Positions 12,411 through 24,886 of a stretch of 64,000 bases of DNA are shown one piece after another. Positions within the stretch are counted from its first letter, which is position 1. Each line of letters begins with the position of its first letter. The DNA is from Vicugna vicugna (lineage: Eukaryota): assembly GCA_013265495.1 (NCBI GenBank), contig MU058824.1, forward strand, positions 6,157,245 to 6,221,244, given 5' to 3'. A model generated the notes under the pieces. That model was not told the origin of the DNA, made no database searches, and worked only from the letters and a program-made list of their open reading frames with translations. The position numbers and the translations under genes are program-made.

Positions 12411-13934
12411 AACACATTCACATACACACCAAAAAAGATTCAAGTAAGGGAAAAAATGGCAAAGTGCAGCTCCACATCCAAAATCTTTGATTCTTCAGGA
12501 ATATAAGAATATAATATGTAGGTATCTGGCTAAAAAAAAAGTCTTCTAAACTTCTTTGAATTAAATGGTCCTTTATTTAAGTGGGATTTAGCCTCTAATA
12601 AATTGCAACGTATTTGGATTTTCACCTCTGATGTTGGAAGAAACATCTATAATTAGGAAACAGGGCTTAAGCTCTCCTTGCCCTCAATTAAAGTCCCTGC
12701 TCTCCTTGTCAAGGCTTTCTAGCTCCTCCCCCTCTTATGCTTGACAGAGCAAAGCGAGGTTAAAGAGTCAGTGATTTTAATCTCACTAGCCTTTCCCCAG
12801 GTGCAAGCCTTAGCAAGATTTTTATTTAAAAGAGATATGAAACCATCTCATTCATCTGTCAGGTTCTGTTAAGCTATTTATGCTTGAATAGTAATAGTAG
12901 CTAAACAAAGTTAAAGAAATGACATGGATCAGATAGGAATCACCTAAAGACTGTGTTCCCCAAAGCTGATCAGAACTTAGATTTTAACGGTTTCTGAAGC
13001 AAACCAGTGTCTATAATAAAGAAAGCAATTTTACAAAATAGCTATAGTTGTGGTTATGATATATGGACAGGAGATAGAAAACAGCCTGAAAATAAAACAA
13101 ACAAATAAAAAACTTATCACAGTCATCATCACAACAAAAGCAAAAAAAAAAAAAAAAAACCCTAGTATATTCCATAGAGCTTGTATCTATCTCTGTACAG
13201 TAAGAATTTACCCTTCAGACAATCAGTAGTCATTATCCTCTCTTTATGGAGTATAAAAACACCTTTGTAGATTTAGTGTCTGTTTAAAAACCAAGATTTT
13301 TTTTTCTGAAATCATCAAGTTCAATCATCTTATTAATCCTCAATGACGTCTTTGTTTAGGTTTTCTCTATGTAATATTACAAATATTTTACGTTTTAAAA
13401 ATTCACTTCTAAAAAACTTCCCTCCTAGCAACCACTGTTCTTTCAATCAGTGTTAGTATCAAAAATATTAAGAAAACCACTGTCCATATTCCTCATCTTT
13501 CCTCATATCTTCTGGATTCCATTTTCCTTCCCACTTCTCACTAAGAATCTTTATGAGGGATTTTGTTGCTTTTTATAAATTCCCTGAATATCTTTAATTG
13601 CTCACTCTTCTAAAATATTCTTTATTGTCTTCAGTCTCTATTTCTGTCTTCAGACCTTAAAGGAAGTCTTTAGGTTTTCGGGGTTTTTTTTCCCAATTTG
13701 TGCCTCGCTCTCTATCAGGCAGGGTGGGTGGTTAACAGAAGAGCTAGAACTCATTCATCATCCCTGTCCTTTAAAAGCTTACTACTGGGGACCAAAATAT
13801 TTGGAAGCTTTGAAATTTTTACTTCTAGCTGCAGACACAAGACATCCAAGAAATGACAGCAAAAGGTTTGTCGTCAACTTAATATATACTATAGACTGAG
13901 CATGTCCAGAAATTTCTAGAAGGAAAACAAACTT

Positions 13935-14871
13935 CTTCCAACTCCTTTTTGAGATCTGTATTTCCAAGTGCCACCTAGACAACCGCAGGTGGGTCAAATT
14001 CAGCATGTTTAAAATTAATTATCATCATTTCTACCACCTCCTATTGTTATTCCAGTTTTCTGAATCTGGTTAGTAAGCATTCTAACTTTAACTCATCAGT
14101 TCAGTTTCCTACAAGTTGTCCTTAATACTGTCACGCTCGTTCTCCGCATTCAGTCTCCATGAGTTGATTCTAGTTTCTAAATGCTTCTCAATTCTGTCCT
14201 CATTGCCTTCCTTCTGTTCCCACAGTGAATATCTTAGTGACAGAAATCATCTTATATCACTTGGACCATTGCTTCTACTCCCTAACTTATTCACCTTCCA
14301 GCCCATTCACTACCAGAGAAATTTTTCTAAAATATACATCTCAGCAGAAAACAGCCCACTGAGGGTTCCTTATGGCTTAAGGGGTAAAGTGTAAATCCCC
14401 TTTTTTCAGCCCCTAGGACCTGCCATAGTGTGACCACAGCCTTCCTTTCCAGCCTTGCCTCACCTCCATTCATGTGCACCCCACATTCCAGTCTCATGGA
14501 ACTTTTCATCATTCCCTGTACAACTCATGCTTTTTCACAACTCCAAGCCTCCTCCACCCCTCCTGTTCCCTTTGTTAACAATGCCTTTCCTTTGCCTGCC
14601 TTGAAAGCCTGTACCTCCTATCCAGACCTCCTATCCAGACCTCCTATCCAATAACTTTTCACAAATCACCCAGGTAGAATCAGTCTCCCAAAGTACTATG
14701 TTCATGTCTCTATTGCAGTGTTTTATCATATCTATTTAAATAATATACTTATATATTTATCTCCTGAATTTCTCAAATATATAAATTTTTAATTCATCTT
14801 TAAGTCACCAGTATCTACCACTATGCCTGGCATAGCAACTAGACAACAAATGTCAAATGAGTAAATGAATG
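13935..14871 (+). mobile_element. L2 LINE 3' portion
   Basis: tatttccaagtgccacctagaca..tcaaattcagcatgt; ends ctatgcctggcatag..aatgagtaaatgaatg. Confidence 0.8.
14613..14650. repeat. 13-bp tandem repeat x3 inside the L2
   Basis: acctcctatccag acctcctatccag acctcctatcca. Confidence 0.9.
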
Positions 14872-15067
14872 CATTACAGATGACAGGGTGGATGTGGGAC
14901 TTCAAGCTTCATCTGAAGAAATAAAATACTTGGCCTGTTGAAGAGTCCACAAGTACTCAAACTTCAACAAAATAAACTGCATTACAGGAAATGGTTCATT
15001 CAAAGATTTTTCTATGTAGTAGCCTAAAAAATCAATGCTTTGCTCGTTAATTAAAAATAATTTACTT

Positions 15068-15424
15068 GATCATTTTGTTGGGGGGAGGTGCCAAGATGGT
15101 GGAGTAGAGAGACTCACAGTATGTCCTCTCCCACACATACCAAGAATTACATCTACAAACCCAATGAATCGTACAGAACACCTACTGAACTCTGGCAGAG
15201 TGTCTCTTGCTTTGAAATACACGATTCTCATAAAATACCATAAATAACAAGCTTACACTGTATAACACAGGAACTATATTCAATATCCTATAGTAACTTA
15301 TGGTGAAAAAAACATGAAAACAAATATATATACACTCATGAATGACTTAAGTATTATGCTGTATATCAGAAATTGACACATTGTAAACTGACTATACTTC
15401 AATAAAAACATATATATACAAAAT
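15068..15424 (+). mobile_element. Bipartite mini-L1: L1 5' UTR start fused to L1 3' UTR end, no ORFs
   Basis: ggggggaggtgccaagatggtggagtag...acagaacacctactgaactctggcaga (artiodactyl-type L1 5' end), then from ~15229 a tail homologous to the L1 3' UTRs at 47665-47851 and 62410-62588; TSD-like aaaaataatttactt (15053-15067) / aataataattttctt (15425-15439) at a TT|AAAA site. Confidence 0.8.
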
Positions 15425-16050
15425 AATAATAATTTTCTTTCTCTAAATTCAGTGTAATAAACAGTCTTTAGAACTGTAAGGATCTAATGGATAAAAAGAG
15501 AACTGAATTCTTTATAGGTCATTATCAAGTAGAAATTATGTTTCAAATACCTGCTCTATCCCCATAAACTGCAGAAAGGAGCCATGTAGTTACCCAACTC
15601 CCATCACAAAGCAAACTAATACAACACTCATGAGGGTCAGGAAGCTTGGAAGGACAAAAAGGAAGACATGTGAGTGCATGGAATATTTCTCATTTTTCCT
15701 GTGAATTCAAAGGACGTGCTCTTTACTTACTAATTTACTTCAGAGCAATTGAGCACCATCTCTATTTCACTTAAGCTCTTTCAGACATATAATTTTCAGG
15801 GAGGTGTTAAGAGAGACAATAATACATAATTAGATAAAGCAATGAATATTTTGGGGTGGCTGTGGGCATTTGTTGTAATGATACATAACTGGAGTCATTA
15901 ATCTTATGCAAGGCAACAAATGTTTGATTTTGGTGTTTGTTTCTGGGAAAGGTTTGCTCTTGGCCATTGAGTTTCGACCTCTAAGGGAAGTTTTGGGAAT
16001 TATGAAGGATTTGTATCTTTCCCATATCAAATCTTCACTTTTATCTAGAT

Positions 16051-16517
16051 CAGAGGTTTGAGAACCTCTGGAGGTATCCAAGACTATGATAGAGTCTGTC
16101 AAGTCAAAACCACTTTCATAAATAATGAAATACATGTACACTGGAGTTTTCCAGAAAGATAAATCTGCAACAGATTGAATGCAGAAGCAAATATGAGAAT
16201 CTAGCTCTCATTGTGCCACACATCAGAGATTTGCAAAAAATGTAAAATAATTTCACTTTCTCACTAAATATTTTTGGCTTTGAAAAATAGTTATTTTTCA
16301 TAAAAAATATGTTATTTATGATAGCTTGTAATAGGTTTATTTTTGGTTTTTCAAAATGAATTAATGAGTAAACTTTCTTAAATTTGTCAGCTTTAATTTC
16401 TAATATGGTAAATACTAATAGACATAACCCACACAAACAAAAGTTCTTTTGGAGTCCTCAATAATTTTTAAGAATGTTAAAGCATCTTGAAATTTTTTTT
16501 AAAAAGGGAAACTGCTG
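16051..16517 (+). mobile_element. MER119-like hAT-Charlie element
   Basis: aacagattgaatgcagaagcaaatatgagaatc..ataacccacacaaacaaaag..gtcctcaataatttttaag; 8-bp TSD atctagat/atttagat. Confidence 0.85.
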
Positions 16518-16639
16518 ATTTAGATAAAACTTTGGACTAAATAGAGGTAAATTATTATTTTTAATTATTTTTTTAAATTTAACCAAGACAAATTATTCAA
16601 ATTATTCTTGAAACACTTATCTCTAACAGAGCTTCTTAA

Positions 16640-16970
16640 AAGACGTGGTCTCAGGATCTGACTCTTTCATTAACTTCCTGGGTAACATTAGTTGTTCGAC
16701 TGTCAAGTTTTTTCATCTGTAAAGTGAGGATGATGATTATAATAGCTAATACTTAATGTTATTAAGTAACAGGCATTGTTCTAAGTGCTTCACTTGTATT
16801 GATAATTTAATCCTCAAAGCAGCACTATAAAAAAGTTATTTTTTATCCCCATTTTACAGAGAAGTAACTTGTCCAAGGTCATACACCTAAAAAGCATTAG
16901 ATCTGGGATTTGAACCCCTAAAATATGAGTTCATTATATATAACTATTAGATCCCTCTAGCTCTCTGTAA
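16640..16970. mobile_element. Two MIRs in opposite orientation (+ then -)
   Basis: ttcatctgtaaagtgaggatga (+) followed by taagtgcttcacttgtattgataatttaatcctca..ccccattttacaga..aacttgtccaaggtcatac (-). Confidence 0.75.
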
Positions 16971-17249
16971 TGTGACAGTTTTCCAAACACCATGAACCAC
17001 ATACACTGAATGCTGCTCTCCAGGCTTTTACCTTTGGCTTTTTAAAATGTGCTTCCCCAGCCTCTTTGTCTTTTAGCTTTGACTTAAGCCCCTTCTTAAA
17101 AGTTCTTTCTCTAATGTTATTTTCCAAATATGACAGGCACTATCCAGAGAATAGTTATTTGAAATACTGACTCAGAAAACTGATGGAAAAGCTGAATGTT
17201 AGGTGCCTTAAAAAGCACATGAAGAAAATGCCAGATGGAAGGGAAAGCA

Positions 17250-17760
17250 GATCATGTCAATCCCCAACTTAAAATACTCCAGTAGCTTCCAAATACAGTT
17301 AGAATAAAATCCAAACTCCCAATCATAGTCTTCAAGACCCTGCACAGTCTTCCCTCATACTCTGACCCCTAATCTCTGCACTCTGGCCAGACAGGCTTGC
17401 TTTCTGATTCTTCAGCATACTAAATCCTTCAGAGTCTTTGGATTATGTTCTCTCTGCCTTGGAAATCTCTTCTTCCAAAACTTCAGCTTAAAGTCACTTC
17501 CTTGAAAAGGCTTGAGATGCCTAGTCTATATAATTAGCTCTGCCAATCTCACGCTCCACATTATAATACCCATTTCATTTTTTTAGGATTTGTATATACT
17601 AGCTATAAAGTATCTTATTTACTTATTGGTTTACTTATTTTCTGTCTTCTCCCACTGAACAGTATACAAACAGCAGCAGAGAACTTATCTTCTATCCCTA
17701 ACAAAGCTTGACATCTAGAAAGCACTTAATAAATGTTTTTGAATGAATGTTGAATAAATA
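17250..17760 (+). mobile_element. L2 LINE 3' portion
   Basis: gatcatgtcaatcccc..agaataaaatccaaactcc..agcacttaataaatgtttttgaatgaatg. Confidence 0.8.
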
Positions 17761-17898
17761 AAGGACTTTGAAATATGTGCTGGTTGTGTATAAACATTGA
17801 GGCATAGGTTCAAGTATGTGTGGAGCCACCACAGAAAAATACAACAGACAGCACAGAACATAAAACTACATCGAATACAAGCCTTGATGTGAAAGGCA

Positions 17899-19038
17899 AT
17901 GTCAAAAGAATGAGGTGACAAGCCACAGACTAAGAGAAATATTTACAAAAGACATCTCTGATAAAGAACTGTTATCCAAAGTTACAAAGAACTCTTAAAA
18001 TTCAACAATAAGAAAACAGACAACCTGATTAAAAAATGGACCAGAAACCTTACCAGTCATCTTATCAAAGAAGATATACAGATGACAAATAAGCATATGA
18101 AAAGATGCCCAACATCAAATGTCATTAGACAAACGCTAACCAGAACAAGAGTGAGATACCACTTCATACTTATTAGAATGGCCAAAACCCAGAATACTGA
18201 CACGAAGTGGGGAACATGTGGAGAGATAGAAACTTTCATTCATTGCCAGTGGAAATGCAAAAAGGTACAGCCACTATGGAAAACAGTCTGACAGTTTCTT
18301 ACAAAACTAAACATATTTTCATCATACCATCCAGCAATCATGCTCTTCAGTATTTACCCAAAGGAGTTAAAAATTTATGTCCACACAGAAATCTTCACTT
18401 TGATAATTATAGCAGCTTATTCTAATTGCCAAAACTTGGAAGCAACTAAAATGTCCTTCGGCAGGTGAATGGATAAATCAATTGTGGTACATCCAGACAA
18501 TGGAATATTATTCAGTGCTGAAAAGAAACAAGCTATCATGCCATGAAAAGGCATGGAAGAACCTTAAATGAATATTGCTAAGTGAAAGAAACCAATCTGA
18601 AAAGGCTACATACTGTATGATTTGAACTATATAACATTCTGAAAAAGGTAAAACTATAGTAAAAAATCAGTGGTTGCCAGTGATTAGGAAGGAAAGAGAC
18701 ATGAATAGGTAAAGCACAGAGGAACTTTAGGGCAGTAAACACTTTTTTATGATATTATAATAGTGGATACATGTCATTAGACATATCCCCAAATCAATAT
18801 AACGTACAATGCAATGTGTGAATCTTAATGTAAAGTATTTACCTTGGGTGATAATACTGTGTCAATGCAGGTTCTTCAATTATAAAATGTACCACTGTGG
18901 TGCAGGATGTTGATAGCGGAAGAGGTTGTGAATGTGTGGGGGTAGGGGGTTATATGGAAATTCTATGTAGTTTCTGCTCAGTTTTTCTGTGAATCCAAAA
19001 CTTCTTTAAAAATATTAATTCTATTTTTTATTAAAAAA
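17899..19038 (+). mobile_element. Old L1 (L1MC1/2-like): ORF2 end and 3' UTR
   Basis: ORF 18082-18291 is an L1 ORF2 C-terminal remnant (HMKRC...RYHF...VQPLWKTV); 3' UTR ggatacatgtcatt..aaatgtaccactgtggtgcaggatgttgatag. Confidence 0.9.
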
Positions 19039-19299
19039 TGAACCTTGAGTTTTGAGAACAAAAAATGTGACTAAAATATAGATCATGAGAGATTGCAAGT
19101 TAAGAGAAAGGTGTGTAAAGGAATACCTCTGGATAGAGAATTATGGGGATCATACCAGAAAACTTGCTGCTATAAATTAGGTTATCTGGGTTCTAACGCC
19201 AGCTCTGTCACTCACTAGTTGATATGACCTAGGAAAATTCTCTACCTTTAGGTGACTTTTCTAAATAGCTAATTAGGACCCTGACCAGAACCACAGCTT

Positions 19300-19950
19300 T
19301 AATTGTCTATTTATAACTAAATCTCTACATGATATTTTCACTTAGAAGTTGAAACAGTTCCTCAAATTCAGCATGTCCATTATTCAACACATGATCTCTT
19401 CTCCTTCCCTGCCAGACTTGGCCTTCACATCCTGTGTTATCCACCCCGGTGAATGGACCATTATCTACATGCTCAAGCCTTTAAATTATCCTCGACACCT
19501 TTCTTTCTCTCCCACTTTGACACCATTTAACAAATCATCAGGTCGTGTTGATTTTACTTCTAAGTAGCTCTCACATTCTTCCCCTTCTCGCCATTTCCAG
19601 TGTTGCCATCCGAACGATCATATCTCATCTGGACTATTCTTCTCACAGCCTTTCTGACCCTCCATCCAACAGAGCCAATCTGAATAGTCTTTTTTTATGC
19701 AAATGTAATCATGAAACTTCTCCCACAGCCAAGTATCACTTCCTAACAGTCTCTCCCCTAACCTCCAAGACCATGATAGATTCTCATGGCACTGACTTTA
19801 CATAATAGTTCTTGTCCAATTTTATACTTATTTGTGTGATTATTTTATTAATATACAAACAGAACCCATATACGTTCTTTGACCACCATTATACACTTAG
19901 TATATAAAGATTCAGTACAATTCAATCTATATTCTTGAATGAGTATATGT
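19300..19950 (+). mobile_element. L2 LINE fragment
   Basis: cctcaaattcagcatgtcca..tatctcatctggactatt..ttcttgaatgagt. Confidence 0.7.
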
Positions 19951-22672
19951 AAAATTAATAGAATGAAATTACTTTAGACTTTTAAAAATATTAATTCTAC
20001 ATCTTGATTCCCCCTCAGAATGATCTAAGATTTCTGACAGTGAAAGTCCAAATGATTTCTAAGGTCCTTTCTTGTTTATATAATCTGTGTTTCTGAGAGG
20101 CTGCTATAAACAACAAAGAAAACACCTCCTCACCATACATGGGGAGAAGTGACACAGGGAAAGTGTATGTGAAAACTCTCAGGTGGAGTCTAAGGGACAC
20201 TTTGGCTGATGGTGAAGTCACAGAGCTAGATGTATATCCAGGAGAGAGAGGAAAAGAAGGTGAGGATATGCAAACCATATACCCTGGAAAATTCAAAGAC
20301 AGCTCAATAAAATATGATCTGTAATATGAGAGTAAACCAGGCAATCTACCCACTGAGGAAGGGAGTGACTTTCTAGGGTTTCAAACAGGGGAGAACAAGA
20401 GATAGAACATTCCAAAAGAATTACAATGAGAGCAAAAAGAAGATAGGTCACTGTTTCAAAGAAGTCTAAACGAAGGGTTCCCCATATTTAGAGCCATTAA
20501 GAACTAGATTGGCAGACTTTCAAGGAATCAAAAATTTGGCAGGATGGGAGAAGGAGGATTTGCCAGATTAATATACCAACCACTGACAAGAAATCTGTCT
20601 ATGTTAATTAAGCATATTTATATGCATGTATGGTAAGAGTTCCTGTCCCATATATCAGATAATCCCAGGACAGCTGGGAGAGAGGAATATAACAATCCTA
20701 CCATATTCCATAATATAGTGACATCTGGATAGTATATTAATACACCAATATGAGCATTTCATTTCTATCCCAGTAGATGCTAAACCATAAACAACATCTT
20801 TAAGAGTTTTTAGCTGAAAATACAGCAAATATAGATATTATCACATAAAGAAGATCCCTTCATCAGTTAAAGAAGAATGGATATTCCTCCTGGGCAGAGT
20901 ATATAAAGCCAGAAGTAAGGTATGGAGAAAACTTCTGGGTGAAAATATTTAATTGAGGTTACACGTTTCCTCCTCTTCCCTTTCCAGAACCTACTAAAAT
21001 TACGTTGAAGAAATAACAGAGGTATAAATCTAAAAAATAACATGTTTAGGGGGAGTAAACTTCAACAAATATCTAAGATAGAAGAGAAAAGAATGTCACT
21101 AGATGAAACAGAAAGAAGAAAGCTGAAGACTAGACATATTTGTGGAGGGGATTTCAATGGTGGAGAGAATAGAATCCTGGAGTTACTATAAAATTATAAA
21201 TCCGTAGATGACTGGATGGAACTTGGAAGTTGGTTGAATAAAACTGATGAATACCAGGTTTCTATATATGAATGATTAACCCTTCACTCCTCTTACAGCT
21301 TCATATGGGACAATAAGCTTCCCACTCACTCACATGAGAACTAAGCCTGCTAGTTGACAAGTATTCCCTGTAGACACAGAGCTCACAGAGGACCCACCTA
21401 TTTCCTCATTCTAACAAATGAACAGATACTCAGAAATCAGAGGTCACTTAAAGAAAACTAACCACATGAAAAAGAAGGCCAAAGTAAATAAATGGAAAAA
21501 TTGAACCTGGAAAAAACTGATTTAAATTTTTTTTAATTTGCCACAAATATATTCAGAAATGTTCAAGAAGATATGATCTATGAAAGAACAAAATGCAAAG
21601 AAAAAATCGGAAAGGAGAAAACACTCTTAAAATTTTAAATATCATTAAAAAATTAAAAATTCAATCAGAAGCTAAGAAGATAAAGCTGAGGAAGTCTTCC
21701 AGAATGTGGAACAAAAGAGAGAGAGAGATTTTAAAAATAGAGAGAATAAATCTAAGAAGTCAAACATTTGACTAATAGGAATTCTAGAGTGAACAGAAAA
21801 AACTAAAGGACAATTATTATCAAAATACTAAAAAATGAAAACTCCCCAGAGCTTGAGATTTAAAATTTAAGGATCCCACAGATATTAACAGAAGATCCAT
21901 GCTTAAAAACATCTCTGTGAAATTTCAGAAACCCAATGTCTGAAAATGAAAGAACAAAGAAAATAGAGAACCTACAAAGGAACAAGAGAGTTATGCTGCC
22001 ATTAGGTTCCATTAGAAGTAATAGAAGCCAGAAGACAGCTGTGCAAGATTTTCAGAATACTGAAGGAAAATATTTTGATCCTGGAAAACTACACCCTGCC
22101 AAATTTTCAGGTAAATGTAAAAGGGAAATATATCCATTTTCTGACATGTAGGCCTTAGAAAACTTACATGTATTCTGCAGAAGCTTCTTGAAGATATCCC
22201 CTAGCAAAACAAGAGTGAAAACCAAGAAAGGAGATGTAAGATATAAAGAACAAACAACAAACCATAAAAATGCATGAAAAGAAATCCCAGGATGACAGCC
22301 TACAAAGCAATCTGCAAATTATAACCAGAATAATTTGGATCCAGGAATATCTACAGGAAAACATGGAATGGATTATAAGCATTAGAAAAAGTAAATAAAA
22401 GTAAGTATGTATGTCTTAAGAGGGAGATGACAATCATAAACCCCAGGAAAAAACACACAGGAAATGGCCTAGTATAAAACAAATTAAAACATAATATAAT
22501 AATTAAGCAATTGATTGAGTCTAAGAAAGGTCTCTTTTTTAAAATTCTACTTTTCCATGTTACATGATGACACTAGAATTGTAGAGAATGAAATGTAATC
22601 ATAGTACATATTGGCTTTCCAGTGAATCATACTTATATAATAGACAGCAGTATATCTGATGGTCAAAGGAAT

Positions 22673-23203
22673 TGTGGTAGAATGCAATAATGGTCACAAT
22701 TATCCACCTTTCTCTGTAAGCATACCACTGTAACTAACTTTTCAGGAACTCCCAATAATAGGTGGAGTCTATTTCCTTTCCTCGTGTATCTGGACTGATT
22801 GTGTGACTTCTTTTGCCAATAGAATGCAGCAGAAATGACAGTGTACCATTTCTAAGCCTAGGCCTTGTCTTCTCCTCTCTCTCTTTCTTTCTCTCTCTCT
22901 CCTCTCCCCACCCCCAAACCCCACCAGCTGTCATGTGAACAAGACCAAACTAGCCTGCTGGGTGATAAAACACACATGGTCTAGTCATCCTCTTGGCCCC
23001 AACCAACATCCATCTAACTTCCAGAAGCAGGGCTACCTCACTGCCTATAGATAACTGGAATGAACCAGCCAAACCCGAAGAACTGCACAGTTAAGGCTAC
23101 CACAAACTTTTGGACCTTAGAATCGTAAGTTAAACAAATGGCTGCTGTTTTAGTTGCTGAAATTTTGGTGTGATTTGGTAAATGGCAAAAGCTAATTCAA
23201 GCA
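22673..23203 (+). mobile_element. MLT1 (ERVL-MaLR) solo LTR
   Basis: TG...CA ends (tgtggtag...aattcaagca), gccaatagaatgcagcagaaatgac, ctagcctgctgg; 5-bp flanks ggaat/gaaat. Confidence 0.85.
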
Positions 23204-23209
23204 GAAATG

Positions 23210-23465
23210 CACTCCAAAGCAAGAGTACACTGATGCAAATCCTGGCTTCACCACTTTTAGCTATTTAACTTGACTAGATTAGTTAACTTCCCAATGCCTC
23301 AGTTTCCATAACTTCAAAATATTAGTAAAATATATTATCTACTTCATAATGTGGTGTGAGGATTAATATATGTAAATATACATGTAAATAAATTTGACTT
23401 ATTATATGTAAAGCAATTAGAATGGTCCCCAATACACTGTAAGCACTCAATTAATATTAGTCATT
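23210..23465 (+). mobile_element. MIR SINE
   Basis: aaatcctggcttcaccactt..gcctcagtttcc..tgtgaggattaa..gtaagcactcaattaatattag. Confidence 0.8.
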
Positions 23466-24751
23466 ATAAGTTAAAACAAAATTTTAATGATATTTATTAA
23501 TTTTCAACATCTAGAATCACTCAAAAAGTATGCATGATTTAACAATAGCTATAGAAGGAAATGAAAATGTTAATAGTCTTGTGAAAATGGAGCTATCAGA
23601 AGCTGGGAGATAGAAAGAGGAAAGACAGGTGGAAGGACAGGTAGGGCGTTAATACATTCACCATATAAATCAAGGAGTCAAGAGATACTGTCTAACATTA
23701 ACAAAAGAAAGAACTAAGACAAATAAATAAAGGTTATATGAAAATGTGTGGCTACAAAGGTAACATAGCTGAATAAGATATAATTATTAACAAAAGAAAA
23801 TGGAAAAATAAAGGTGGGAGATAAAATAAGGGATCTCAAGCATCATATATTATCTAGTACCTGTCATGGTAAGAAGAATACAGATAAATGATGAAAACTC
23901 AAGAATTTACGGTTAATATATATTTACTTAGATGTATAAAATGAAAAACAGACTGCTCTGCAGGAGACTGGGGTGGGAACAGTTGGAATAATGAAAACTC
24001 TTCTATTCTATTAGTTTTCTTCACTATGTACACATAATTTTAATGATTTTTCTTTTTTACACCAGTAAAGTACAAAGAAGATTCCCCAAACCATCTGTAC
24101 TTCCCAATTTTAGGTTAAAAAGATGTTTTAAAAACAAAGTCTGGTGAACTTTTGTAACATTCATAACCCAAAAGGATGAAAACCTTCATTAAATCAACAA
24201 GAAATATCAGTACTAGTAAACTTAAATCTTTGCTTTCTAGTGATTCAGAAAGTTAAAATTTTAGATTCTATGCGAAGTGCATTTCATGCCAAAGAAATAA
24301 AAAAGGGAAAGACCCTCTCCTCTTCTTCATGCTTATATTATCTCCTCCTCATTCACGTTCTGGAATCTGTGTGATCCCTCTCCTCCCATTTGCCTCTCCT
24401 ACATCCCACGGATGCCCTTGTCCTCACCCTCCACTCTTGTTCTATGCTCAGTGAAGAGAGTATCAATTTGGAATAAGACGTCTGAATTAAGGTCCAGCTC
24501 TACTACTACTTCTCTGTATGGCTATGGTCAGGCTACTTCTCCTAAAGGAAAAGCAATGCCTTCCTCACAGCTACCTTTAAGAATGCAATAAAATAGTATA
24601 TTTAGAATGCACATATACAGAGATACACTATCTTGCACACAGTAATTATTCAATATACAGGCATTCCCAGTTGGGGAAGAACACTGAAGAGGGTGCAGTA
24701 ACACAATCAAAACAAAAATTATTGGAACTCCAGCTACTACCTTTCCTTTAC

Positions 24752-24886
24752 CTTCCGTGATTCTAAACCCCTTTTAAGTCCGGAACCAAGGGAGATTCTA
24801 GAACTCTTCTTGCTGTAGTCACCAGCTCCACTAGACACTGGCATTTGCAAATCCTCTCCAAAGGTGATTCATAAACAGCTTTATCT
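24752..24886 (-). other. Candidate 135-nt minus-strand exon (UTR/alternative-start, poison or pseudo-exon)
   Basis: Acceptor ccttttccatctcc..ccttgttgcag|, donor AAG|gtaaag; all three frames contain a stop, but an internal ATG (24844) reads MPVSSGAGDYSKKSSRISLGSGLKRGLESRK in frame to the donor. Confidence 0.3.

Larger units (their letters stand above)
20930..24050 (+). mobile_element. HAL1-like (ORF1-only L1 relative), fragmented by MLT1 and MIR insertions
   Basis: ORF1-like A-rich remnant 21400-22200 (gaagataaagctgaggaagtcttccagaa; tcaaacatttgactaataggaattc), HAL1-type aaatcccaggatgacagc, and 3' tail ggagtcaagagatactgtcta; no ORF2 sequence seen. Confidence 0.7.

Noticed and set aside
12581..12593. 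13-mer gtgggatttagcc recurring at 62874-62886
   Set aside because: Many 13-mer matches are expected by chance in 64 kb.
13784..13829. Possible 46-nt minus-strand exon (LEVKISKLPNILVPS)
   Set aside because: Plausible splice sites only; such pseudo-exons are common in long introns, and joining it to neighbours gave no recognisable protein.
14613..14650. Direct repeats as a CRISPR-like array
   Set aside because: A spacer-less 13-bp tandem slippage repeat in a mammalian L2.
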